From: Minisyncoccota bacterium
GTDB lineage: Bacteria > Patescibacteriota > Minisyncoccia > Phycocordibacterales > UBA9973
Direction: 5' to 3'
DNA: 64,000 bases
Assembly: GCA_025453495.1 (NCBI GenBank)
Contig: JALOQM010000002.1
Coordinates: 12,680 to 76,679, forward strand
Part shown: in pieces, positions 38,578 through 47,448 of the stretch
Layout: each line of letters begins with the position of its first letter
Position numbering within the stretch: the stretch's first letter is position 1
Position numbers and translations under genes: made by a program
The notes under the pieces: model-generated
The model's input: the letters and a program-made list of their open reading frames with translations, nothing else
What the model was told of the DNA's origin: nothing
Database searches by the model: none

Positions 38578-39426
38578 GTGTACACACGTTTCTTCTCGAT
38601 AGTACTTAGCATCGTTAGTTGTGTGTATTTCTCTTGGGCGCCCATTTCCACATATGGGGCTTTGAATGCGCTGCATGGTACTGGCTTTGTCGAAAAGGCA
38701 ATTTGGTTTTCTGAGGCAGTGCCGAAAGAAGGCACTACGGTAACTATCTATACTGCAGTATTTAATCCACATCCAGAAACACTCTCTGGTACCGTGGTGT
38801 TTTATGACAAGTCAGTCATCATAGACAAGAAATCATTTTCAGTCCCGGGAAATGGTGTAATGGTTGTTTCGACAAACTGGAATGTCCCAGCGGGAACACA
38901 TCTTATCCGTGCTGAGATACTTGACCCTGTCCTTGTCTCAGAAGGGAAAGAGTCACGCATATTTGTCACCGACACAAAGGCGCTTAGTGAAGAATTTTCG
39001 GTACAGAAATCAATTACTATTTCCGAAAAAGCACTACCTCTGCCACAAGAAAAGACAAACACTGCCGAAAAGACTGGTACTCTTGACGAGGTAAGTACCA
39101 CCGTTATGGGATCGCTCACTACCAAAGCTCAGTCAGTTGATGCATGGCGTTCTGTCACGGCAGAGACGCTTTCAAAAAAAGAAGTACTAGCAAAAGAAGA
39201 ACTACTTCTTGCCAAAGAAGCACCCAAGGCAACAGCGACAATTAATAGTGATGGCATCACAGTCTCTCCGACAAAAGACGTTATCAAGACGCCGCTTGCA
39301 CACGGCAAAGCTTTTTTCTTTACTTTCGCGTCATATATCTTTAGTCACAAAATTCTATTTTATAGCATAACTCTAATCTTCCTCTTTCTCATTCTAAGAG
39401 CGCTATGGCGTAGATTCTCGAAATAA
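38578..39426 (+). CDS. Hypothetical protein with N- and C-terminal TM helices
   Basis: 282 aa. No family recognised. Confidence 0.4.
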   Translation: MYTRFFSIVLSIVSCVYFSWAPISTYGALNALHGTGFVEKAIWFSEAVPKEGTTVTIYTAVFNPHPETLSGTVVFYDKSVIIDKKSFSVPGNGVMVVSTNWNVPAGTHLIRAEILDPVLVSEGKESRIFVTDTKALSEEFSVQKSITISEKALPLPQEKTNTAEKTGTLDEVSTTVMGSLTTKAQSVDAWRSVTAETLSKKEVLAKEELLLAKEAPKATATINSDGITVSPTKDVIKTPLAHGKAFFFTFASYIFSHKILFYSITLIFLFLILRALWRRFSK

Positions 39427-39429
39427 AAA

Positions 39430-39459
39430 ATACCGCACAACGTTTATGTTGTGCGGTAT
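39430..39459. terminator. Bidirectional terminator
   Basis: ATACCGCACAAC-GTTTAT-GTTGTGCGGTAT. Confidence 0.65.
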
Positions 39460-39466
39460 GTACTAG

Positions 39467-40336
39467 TTAAATGAGGTGTGGTTTGAGTAAGCTCTTGCGC
39501 GACGAATGTTTTAAGCGAAAAAGTGCTCTGGATTTTATCTGACGTACACGTTCGCTGGTGAGACCCAAACGTTCACCGATTTCAGTGAGCGTAAGAGGAG
39601 TTTCATTATTGAGACCAAAGTAAAGCCTTAACACAGCTGCCTCACGTTCGGGTAGTGTAGAAAGTGCACGTTGGACATCCTGACGCAAGGACTCAGTGAT
39701 CAGTCCAGCTTCCGGGTTTGAAGTATTTGTGTCGGATAATATCTCGTACATAGTACTCTCACCCTCACTACTAGTGAACATTGGAGCATCCATAGACACA
39801 TCACGACCTGTATTGCGCAAAGCCTCTTTGATGTCTTTGGGCGAAAGTTCGAGCGCGGCAGCTATTTCATCGGCGCTGGGCTCGCGTTCGTATTCCTGCT
39901 CAAGCCGGGCACATGTTTGGTTGATTTTGTTGATGAAGCTGATTTTATTGAGCGGTAACCGCACAGTACGCGACAGTTCGGCCAAGGCATGAAGAATTGA
40001 TTGACGAATCCACCACACAGCATAGGAAATAAATTTAAAACCGCGTGTTTCATCGAAACGCTGCGCAGCTTTAATCAAACCGAGGTTACCTTCGTTGATA
40101 AGGTCAGGCAGGCTAAGGCCTTGGTTCTGGTACTGTTTGGAAACGGAAACGACGAAGCGGAGGTTAGCTTCTACCAGCTCGGTCAAAGCAGTCTGATCTC
40201 CTTGTTTGATCCTGCGGGCTAATGCAACTTCTTCTTCTGTCGTAAGCATATCTATCCTTCCGATTTCTTGAAGATATTTGTCGAGCGAGGCGCTTTCGTG
40301 GTTCGTGATCGACTGTCCGATTTTTATCTGTCTCAT
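39467..40336 (-). CDS. rpoD: Primary RNA polymerase sigma factor (sigma-70/RpoD), short form lacking region 1.1
   Basis: Regions 1.2-4 (LTTEEEVALARRIKQGD..., NLRFVVSVSKQY, GLSLPDLINEGNLGLIKAAQRFD, region 4 HTH). Start moved to the Met at 40336 (MRQIKIG). Confidence 0.75.
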   Translation of the reverse strand: MRQIKIGQSITNHESASLDKYLQEIGRIDMLTTEEEVALARRIKQGDQTALTELVEANLRFVVSVSKQYQNQGLSLPDLINEGNLGLIKAAQRFDETRGFKFISYAVWWIRQSILHALAELSRTVRLPLNKISFINKINQTCARLEQEYEREPSADEIAAALELSPKDIKEALRNTGRDVSMDAPMFTSSEGESTMYEILSDTNTSNPEAGLITESLRQDVQRALSTLPEREAAVLRLYFGLNNETPLTLTEIGERLGLTSERVRQIKSRALFRLKHSSRKSLLKPHLI

Positions 40337-40423
40337 ATTTAGTTTTTTTGGTTTCTGCTTGTACAATACCATTTTATACAATTTAGTCAAAAAATTGCAC
40401 GTTTCCAGTAATGTACTGGAAGT

Positions 40424-40717
40424 TTGCTTATATATCGGTATAATATGCCTGTTGTGACATGGAGAATTGCCGCAGGTATTGGTATTTTTTTGAGCGCATT
40501 CTGGCTGCCGTTCTGGGTGACGGTGGTACTTGCTGTTTTTTTTCTCTACCAATTTGATTCTTTTTATGAGGTGTTTCCTGCATTCCTCCTTGTCGACTTA
40601 CTGTATGCGAGTAAGGAGGTCCGATTTTTTGACTTTTCACTTATTGCATTTTCTCTCGCATTTCTTTTGTATATCAGCATGTATTTCCTTAAACGTACAT
40701 TGCTCGCAAAACAATAA
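40424..40717 (+). CDS. Small two-to-three-TM membrane protein upstream of mrdA (possibly MreD-like)
   Basis: 97 aa, hydrophobic. Sits where mreD would be expected. Confidence 0.3.
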   Translation: MLIYRYNMPVVTWRIAAGIGIFLSAFWLPFWVTVVLAVFFLYQFDSFYEVFPAFLLVDLLYASKEVRFFDFSLIAFSLAFLLYISMYFLKRTLLAKQ

Positions 40718-40725
40718 GATATTGT

Positions 40726-42420
40726 ATGTCGCTATTTACTAGAAAAAGAAATACGCGTCTGGACTATGAAATCGAACCTGATGAAATATTTCTCGATGCA
40801 AAAAATATCCCGAAATTCGACCAGCAACAATTTGAAGGAAGACTTGAGACGCCGATTCGGATCTCAAGTCTTCGGATACTCTTAGTTGTTTTTTTGGGAG
40901 TGTTTGTGGTATTTGCTTGGCGTCTTGGTAATTTGCAAGTTGTCGGAGGAAAAGCGTATTATGAGCGCAGTCTGCAAAATAATCTCAATAGAGTCCCATT
41001 GTTTGCAAATAGAGGAGTTATATACGATAGAAACAATGTACCACTTGCGTGGAATGACGAAAGTAAGACTGGAAATTTTTTCTCTCATCGCTCGTATATC
41101 AAAGAGCCAGGATTTGCACATCTACTCGGATATGTAAGCTATCCATCAAAAGATACCTCTGGCAATTATTGGCGAGAAGATTTCCTTGGCAAAGATGGCC
41201 TAGAAAAATACTATGATGCGCTTTTGCGTGGAGAGAATGGGGCAACAATCGTTGAAGTAGATGCTGAAGGAGCCATTACCTCACAAAATATTGTCGACAC
41301 TCCAGTTCCTGGAGAGAATCTCTATCTCTCTATTGATGCACGTATACAGACAAAGTTGTATTCACTTATTGCATCACTTGCAGAGACACGCAATTTCTCA
41401 GGTGGTGCTGGTGTCATCATGGATGTGACGAATGGCGAATTACTGGCATTAGTCAGTTTCCCGGAATATGATCCTGAAGTGCTCTCTCTTGGTGATGATG
41501 CCAAGGCGATCAGTAGCTATCTCAATGATAGACGCAAAGTCTTTCTCAATCGTGCAGTCTCTGGACTCTATTCTCCTGGTTCGATTGTCAAACCATTTGT
41601 CGCAATTGCAGCACTCAATGAAAACATTATTGATCCCAAGAAGAATATACTTTCTACTGGTTCGATTTCGATACCAAATCCGTATACGCCGAGCAAGCCA
41701 ACAGTGTTTAGAGATTGGAAGGCGCATGGGTGGGTCGATATGCGCCGCGCTATTGCAGTGTCTTCCGATGTGTACTTTTATGCAGTTGGCGGCGGATATC
41801 AAGACCAAAAAGGCCTTGGCATAGAAAAGATTGATAGATATATGCGTTTCTTTGGTATTGCAGAAGCGACTGGTGTTGATCTTCCTGGAGAAGTAGAAGG
41901 TATTATCCCAGGTCCTGAATGGAAAGAAAAAAACTTTCCTGGTGACCCATGGCGTATCGGTAATACGTATCATACTGCAATCGGCCAATATGGTTTTAAG
42001 GTGACGCCGATCCAGATGGCTCGTGCGCTTGGCGCGATTGCAGACAATGGTGTACTACGAAAGCCGCATGTCGTCACTAATCCTGATCTTGTGTATAGCA
42101 GTGAGAAGAGGATTGAGATACCGGAGGAATATTATACGATTTCGCGTGAAGGCATGCATGCAGCAGTAAAAGGTGATGGTACTGCACGAGCACTTAATAT
42201 CTCAGCTGTCGATATTGCAGCCAAAACAGGTACCGCACAGGTTGGCGTGCGCAATGAATACGAGCACTCGTGGGTGACAGGATTCTTTCCATACAAAGAG
42301 CCGCGCTATGCTTTTGTCATCCTAATGGAGCGCGGTCCGGCTGGTAATCTTGTCGGTGCTTCCTTTATTGGTTCACAGCTTTTCCAGTGGATGGCACAAG
42401 AGACGCCAGAGTATTTTTGA
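40726..42420 (+). CDS. mrdA: Penicillin-binding protein 2 (transpeptidase)
   Basis: SxxK (SIVK), SxN (SSDVY) and KTG (KTGTAQ). N-terminal TM helix and dimerisation domain. 564 aa. Confidence 0.8.
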   Translation: MSLFTRKRNTRLDYEIEPDEIFLDAKNIPKFDQQQFEGRLETPIRISSLRILLVVFLGVFVVFAWRLGNLQVVGGKAYYERSLQNNLNRVPLFANRGVIYDRNNVPLAWNDESKTGNFFSHRSYIKEPGFAHLLGYVSYPSKDTSGNYWREDFLGKDGLEKYYDALLRGENGATIVEVDAEGAITSQNIVDTPVPGENLYLSIDARIQTKLYSLIASLAETRNFSGGAGVIMDVTNGELLALVSFPEYDPEVLSLGDDAKAISSYLNDRRKVFLNRAVSGLYSPGSIVKPFVAIAALNENIIDPKKNILSTGSISIPNPYTPSKPTVFRDWKAHGWVDMRRAIAVSSDVYFYAVGGGYQDQKGLGIEKIDRYMRFFGIAEATGVDLPGEVEGIIPGPEWKEKNFPGDPWRIGNTYHTAIGQYGFKVTPIQMARALGAIADNGVLRKPHVVTNPDLVYSSEKRIEIPEEYYTISREGMHAAVKGDGTARALNISAVDIAAKTGTAQVGVRNEYEHSWVTGFFPYKEPRYAFVILMERGPAGNLVGASFIGSQLFQWMAQETPEYF

Positions 42421-42514
42421 CCTGTTTGACTTGAGAATGCAAATTGAGTAGAATCGTCCTACATAGAAGAAACGCGCTTATAACATAACTGTTTCGAAGC
42501 AATCGAAACACATT

Positions 42515-42994
42515 TTGTACAAAGATATGGATACAGAAGTTGATTACATAACTGAAGAAAAAAAGAAAGAGCTTGAGATAGAGCTTGTGCAGCTTTCTGG
42601 TCCTCGCCGCAAAGAAATACTTGATGCACTTGAGTTTGCAAAGTCACTTGGTGATCTTTCTGAAAACGCAGAATATCATCAAGCAAGAGAAGATCAGGCA
42701 AAGCTTGAGGAGCGCATTTCGAAGATTGAATACATGCTCATGCATGCCAAAGTCGTATCTCGCCACCATTCAACGATAGTAGAAGTCGGTGCGACAGTGG
42801 TAATTCAGAAAAAAGGAAGCACAGAAAAAAAGAAAGTCCAGATTGTAGGAGTAGAAGAAGCTGACATGGCGCAGGGTAAGATTTCTACAAAGTCACCTCT
42901 TGGTGCTGCTTTGTTTGCAAAGAAAAAAGGTGATACTGCCTCTTTCACTACACCATCAGGTGCGGTAGAATACAAAATACTCGATATTGAGTAG
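42515..42994 (+). CDS. greA: Transcription elongation factor GreA
   Basis: N-terminal coiled coil with the acidic tip (DLSENAEY) and C-terminal FKBP-like domain. 159 aa. Confidence 0.85.
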   Translation: MYKDMDTEVDYITEEKKKELEIELVQLSGPRRKEILDALEFAKSLGDLSENAEYHQAREDQAKLEERISKIEYMLMHAKVVSRHHSTIVEVGATVVIQKKGSTEKKKVQIVGVEEADMAQGKISTKSPLGAALFAKKKGDTASFTTPSGAVEYKILDIE

Positions 42995-43064
42995 CTTATT
43001 GCTTTTAGTTATTTGCTTGTAGCTTCCTAAAAGTACAAAGCATTAAGCAAAAAGCATACACACT

Positions 43065-44957
43065 ATGGCATCACTCGAAGAACTGCGTGATACACGCATA
43101 CAAAAGATAGAGAAACTCAAAGCGGCAGGAATGGATCCATATACTGCTGATTCTTTTCGTACACATACGATTGCAGAAGCGAGTACAGTTTTTGACACAC
43201 TGAGCACATCAGGAGAAAGCGTCACACTTGCTGGCCGCGTACTTGCTATCCGTGGACAAGGTGGTCTTTTGTTTTTTAATTTTACTGACGGCACTGGAAC
43301 GTTTCAAGGCATGGTTAAGAAAGAAGCACTCGACGAAACACTCCTTGCTCTTTTTGTAGACACAGTAGACAATGCGGACTTTATCGAAGTCACTGGCACT
43401 CTTATCGTCACCAAGACAGGCCAGCAGACGATCCTTATACAAACATGGCGGATGCTTACCAAGGCGCTCGCACCGCTTCCTGACAAATGGCATGGTCTCC
43501 AGGATCAGGAAGAGCGTTTCCGCAAGCGCTATCTCGATATCCTCACTGATCCCGCTATCCGTGAATTGTTTGAAAAGAAATCGAAGTTTTGGGACGTGAC
43601 GCGCACGTTTATGAAAGAATGCGGATTCATGGAAGTCGAGACGCCGACGCTCGAAGTGACGACTGGTGGCGCCGAAGCCAATCCGTTCAAGACACACCAC
43701 AAGGATTTTGATATTGATGTCTATCTGCGTATCTCTGTTGGCGAGCTCTGGCAGAAGCGCCTCATGGCTGCTGGATTCCCGAAGACATTTGAGATTGGTC
43801 GCGTCTACCGTAACGAAGGCTCAAGCCCCGAGCACACGCAGGAATTTACAAACATGGAGTTTTATTGGGCGTACGCAAACTATGAAGATGGCATGAATCT
43901 TGTGCAGGATTTATATCGAACGATTGCGACGGAAGTATTCGGCACAACAAAGTTTACAACACGCGGACATACGTTTGATTTTGCCGAAGAATGGCCTCGT
44001 GTTGACTATGCTGACGAAGTACTCAAAAGAACCGGCATCAATGTCTTTGAATCAACAGAAGAAGAGATGAAAGCAAAGCTCGACGAGCTTGGTGTCTCAT
44101 ATGAAGGCGAGAGTCGTGAGCGTCTCATGGATACACTCTGGAAATACTGCAGGAAGCAGATTAGTGGTCCGGCATTTCTCGTGCATCACCCGGTGCTCGT
44201 GTCTCCGCTTTCAAAAGTGCTCGCGAGTGATCCGCGGAAGACCGAGCGCTTCCAGCCGCTTATCGCCGGCAGTGAAGTAGGCAATGGTTTCTCCGAGCTT
44301 AATGATCCGATCGACCAGCGCGCGCGATTTGAGCTCCAGCAAAAGCTTATCGAGCGTGGCGAGGAGGAAGCAATGATGCCGGAGTGGGAATTTGTGGAAA
44401 TGCTCGAGCACGGTATGCCACCAACCTGCGGTTTTGGTTTCGGCGAGCGACTCTTTGCCTTTATGGTAGACAAGCCAATTCGCGAGATACAGCTGTTTCC
44501 GCTCATGCGACCGAAAGATAGCACTCCTAAGAAAAAAGAAACGATGATTGCTGCAGCGCTCATTAATGTGAATGCAGGATTACTTAAGTGGCAAGAAATG
44601 AATACCGTCGCGCATTTGAATGCAGCATTTGGCGCGCGTGTTGGTAGAGAGCTTTTTAGTAAAGATGTAATTCTTTCTCAAGACGAACAAAAAATTAACC
44701 TCAACATCAAGAATGCGATTATGATTCGTGCAGCTGATTCTGCTAAGGTGCTACGAGAAGTTGCATTGAAAGCAAAGGAGGAAGGTTTGCAAGTAGATGA
44801 ATTTACTCGAGAAATGCTCGAGACAACTAATGACAAGAAGATTACAGAGATAACTGCGGCAAAGCCTTTTGAAGAAATAGAGTACCTGGGAGTATTGGTG
44901 TACGGTCCAAAGGAAGCAGTTGAAGAAATAGTCAAAGAGTTTCCGTTGTTCTCATAA
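43065..44957 (+). CDS. lysS: Lysyl-tRNA synthetase (class II) with a ~140-aa C-terminal PTH2-like extension
   Basis: OB anticodon-binding domain and class II motifs 1-3 across ~500 aa. The extra C-terminal segment MIAAALINVNAGLLKWQEMNTVAHLNAAFGA...GVLVYGPKEAV resembles peptidyl-tRNA hydrolase PTH2/DUF2000. 630 aa. Confidence 0.8.
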   Translation: MASLEELRDTRIQKIEKLKAAGMDPYTADSFRTHTIAEASTVFDTLSTSGESVTLAGRVLAIRGQGGLLFFNFTDGTGTFQGMVKKEALDETLLALFVDTVDNADFIEVTGTLIVTKTGQQTILIQTWRMLTKALAPLPDKWHGLQDQEERFRKRYLDILTDPAIRELFEKKSKFWDVTRTFMKECGFMEVETPTLEVTTGGAEANPFKTHHKDFDIDVYLRISVGELWQKRLMAAGFPKTFEIGRVYRNEGSSPEHTQEFTNMEFYWAYANYEDGMNLVQDLYRTIATEVFGTTKFTTRGHTFDFAEEWPRVDYADEVLKRTGINVFESTEEEMKAKLDELGVSYEGESRERLMDTLWKYCRKQISGPAFLVHHPVLVSPLSKVLASDPRKTERFQPLIAGSEVGNGFSELNDPIDQRARFELQQKLIERGEEEAMMPEWEFVEMLEHGMPPTCGFGFGERLFAFMVDKPIREIQLFPLMRPKDSTPKKKETMIAAALINVNAGLLKWQEMNTVAHLNAAFGARVGRELFSKDVILSQDEQKINLNIKNAIMIRAADSAKVLREVALKAKEEGLQVDEFTREMLETTNDKKITEITAAKPFEEIEYLGVLVYGPKEAVEEIVKEFPLFS

Positions 44958-45038
44958 TCGTTTGATGACTAACTAGGGATTGTGAAATAAAATCGAAAGA
45001 GCAGGAAGAGTGAAGAAAGCAATATGCAGCATGAAAAT

Positions 45039-45062
45039 GCCCCGCGGTATACCGCGGGGCTT
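45039..45062. terminator. Bidirectional terminator
   Basis: GCCCCGCGG-TATA-CCGCGGGGC. Confidence 0.7.
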
Positions 45063-45082
45063 TGTAGTATATCCACCAGAGA

Positions 45083-45553
45083 TTAATGATAGTGGATGAC
45101 GATAACAGGTTGTCCTGTTATCGCGGCAATTTCAAGTGCGGAAGGGAATCTCTCCACTTTTCCTGGAGGTACCCACACGCCACAGTAGTCAGCGCCGGAT
45201 TCAGTACAGTCGCTGCATTGGCAACCGACCAGCTGAAGGGGATTTTCCGAATACACTTTTGCGTGCCCAGGAATTTTGAAATCCTTACTGACGGGGGAGT
45301 ATAGCGTTATCATGTCACCGATAAATATCGGTGACTTGCACCACGCGCACTGTATGGCCATTTTTGCGAGACACGCATGGCAGTATTCGATCTTGCCATC
45401 TTTCAATGGTACTCGTGTTTTTATCAGGCGACCGAACGCACGCACTTCATCGTGTATTTTGCTTACATGTCCGCATTCAGCAATATACATTTTTGCGAAG
45501 AATCTTTTGAATCGCCAGAAGCGATATTCAAAGAAACCCGGTATTTTTCTCAT
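45083..45553 (-). CDS. Hypothetical Cys/His-rich protein
   Basis: 156 aa with several CxxC-like pairs (CHAC, CAWC, CQCSDC). No family recognised. Confidence 0.4.
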   Translation of the reverse strand: MRKIPGFFEYRFWRFKRFFAKMYIAECGHVSKIHDEVRAFGRLIKTRVPLKDGKIEYCHACLAKMAIQCAWCKSPIFIGDMITLYSPVSKDFKIPGHAKVYSENPLQLVGCQCSDCTESGADYCGVWVPPGKVERFPSALEIAAITGQPVIVIHYH

Positions 45554-45683
45554 TAAGTTGCTCCTTTCTTTTTTTAAATACCTCTGCTATTTAAATTTCA
45601 TTTAATTTCTCATTTTGTCAAAAAAACCTTTTATTATCATTGTCTCATTTATCCACAGAAAAGTGGTTTGTATTGTTGGCGAT

Positions 45684-45729
45684 GTGGGATGAAGTGGTAT
45701 ATACTATAATCAAGTGGGAAAGTGTGGGA
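45684..45729 (+). promoter_or_regulatory. MraZ-box array: four GTGG(G/T)A direct repeats spaced 10/20/10 bp just upstream of mraZ
   Basis: GTGGGA at 45684, GTGGTA at 45694, GTGGGA at 45714 and 45724. MraZ is known to bind such direct repeats in the dcw promoter. Confidence 0.5.
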
Positions 45730-45742
45730 AATAAATAAAAGC

Positions 45743-46177
45743 ATGTTGATCGGCGAATACATTCATACCATGGACGGCAAAAACAGGATTTCGCTCCCTG
45801 TGCGTTTTCGCAAGGAGATGGGAAAGAAAATCATTGTCGCCCCAGGTCTTGATAACTGTCTTTCTGTATACACACAGAAAGAATGGGAAAAGATTTCGTC
45901 GCGTCTTTCAGAGTCTTCAATGCTTGCTGCAGACAATCGAAGCTTCAATCGCTTCATGTTTGGCGGTGCAGTCGAAGTCGACGTCGACAGTATCGGCAGG
46001 ATATTGATTCCAGAATTTCTCGCTGATCGTGCGCTGCTCAAGGAGAAAGTAGCGATGATTGGTGTGCAGAATCGAGTTGAGATCTGGAATGAGAAGCGCT
46101 GGCATGAGTACAAGAAAGTGGTCGAGCTTCAGGCAGACCAGCTCGCAGAGAAGCTCGGTCAAGTAGGAGTCTTGTAA
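45743..46177 (+). CDS. mraZ: Transcriptional regulator MraZ
   Basis: Two MraZ repeats (LIGEY...DGKNRISLP and later DSIGRILIPEFL). Start at the ATG at 45743 rather than the track's GTG. Confidence 0.85.
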   Translation: MLIGEYIHTMDGKNRISLPVRFRKEMGKKIIVAPGLDNCLSVYTQKEWEKISSRLSESSMLAADNRSFNRFMFGGAVEVDVDSIGRILIPEFLADRALLKEKVAMIGVQNRVEIWNEKRWHEYKKVVELQADQLAEKLGQVGVL

Positions 46178-46179
46178 TC

Positions 46180-47061
46180 ATGAGCCACGTCAGCGTTCTT
46201 TTACACGAAGCGGTCAACGGTCTTGCTATCACAAAGGGAGATATCGTCCTTGATGGAACGCTCGGTGGTGGGGGGCATACCGAAGAAATATGCAAAAGAT
46301 TCGGTGCTGACGTGAAGCTCTATGCTACCGACCGGGATAGCGATGCCATTGAGAGAAGTCAGAAGCGACTCTCGGGTGCAGCATGTCAGGTATCATTTTT
46401 CAACAAGAACTTTCGTGACATGGACACAGTGGTGCCAAGCGGTGTCGACAAAATCTTGCTTGATCTTGGATTGAGCTCCGACCAACTTGATACTTCCGGG
46501 AGAGGCTTTACTTTTAGGAAAGATGAGCCACTTAAGATGACTATGGGGGCAGGGATGAAAGAAGAAGTACTCACCGCTGAAATCATCGTCAATGAATGGG
46601 AAGAGAGCAGTATTGCAGATATCATCTATGGCTATGGCGAAGAACGGTATGCCAAGCGTATTGCCAAGGAGATAGTTCTTGCAAGAGAATTCGGACCAAT
46701 CAAGACGACATTTGCACTTGCAAGCATCATTGCGAAAGCAGTACCAGTCTCTTATAGGAAAGGACGTATTCACCCAGCAACACGGACGTTTCAAGCCATT
46801 CGCATCGCAGTCAACGACGAACTCGGTAGTCTCAAAGAAGGGCTTACCAAAGCATATGCACTGCTTCGTCCTCGTGGTCGTATCGCGGTTATATCTTTCC
46901 ATAGCCTTGAAGATCGGATCGTAAAGCATTTTTTTAAAGACATGGCAGCACTCGGAACAGCGAACATTGTTACTAAACGACCAATCGTGCCGACTGAGGA
47001 AGAAATACAACATAATCCACGAGCACGAAGCGCTAAATTACGTATTCTCGAAAAGAAATAA
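46180..47061 (+). CDS. rsmH: 16S rRNA (cytosine1402-N4)-methyltransferase RsmH/MraW
   Basis: HVSVLLHEAV...DGTLGGGGH SAM-binding motif. 293 aa. Confidence 0.9.
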   Translation: MSHVSVLLHEAVNGLAITKGDIVLDGTLGGGGHTEEICKRFGADVKLYATDRDSDAIERSQKRLSGAACQVSFFNKNFRDMDTVVPSGVDKILLDLGLSSDQLDTSGRGFTFRKDEPLKMTMGAGMKEEVLTAEIIVNEWEESSIADIIYGYGEERYAKRIAKEIVLAREFGPIKTTFALASIIAKAVPVSYRKGRIHPATRTFQAIRIAVNDELGSLKEGLTKAYALLRPRGRIAVISFHSLEDRIVKHFFKDMAALGTANIVTKRPIVPTEEEIQHNPRARSAKLRILEKK

Positions 47062-47100
47062 CATTTTATACAAAGATACTATATTCACTATTCACACTAT

Positions 47101-47448
47101 ATGACAATTAGCAGTTTTAAAATACATACACGCATCGTAAACAATGACAACCTCATGGAGCGTTCTTTTCGCGCACTATGCTTGACACTTGGACTACTCT
47201 TTCTTGCGTATCTTTATTTCCTTGGGACTATCACATTTGGTATCGTTGAACGTAGAGCACTTGAAGCACAAGCAAAAGAACTTGCTTCAGAAGTGAGTAC
47301 TCTTGAGCTTCAGTATCTCGCGCTTTCAAACAACATAGACATAGAACTTGCTGAGACGCTCGGTTTTACTGAGACGAAATCTGCACGGTTTGTATCGCGA
47401 GTTCCAGATGCACCGAGCTTCGCGATTCGCGATCATGTCGTCCAATAA
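47101..47448 (+). CDS. ftsL: FtsL-like cell-division protein
   Basis: 115 aa with a single TM helix and coiled coil, in the dcw position between rsmH and ftsI. Confidence 0.45.
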   Translation: MTISSFKIHTRIVNNDNLMERSFRALCLTLGLLFLAYLYFLGTITFGIVERRALEAQAKELASEVSTLELQYLALSNNIDIELAETLGFTETKSARFVSRVPDAPSFAIRDHVVQ

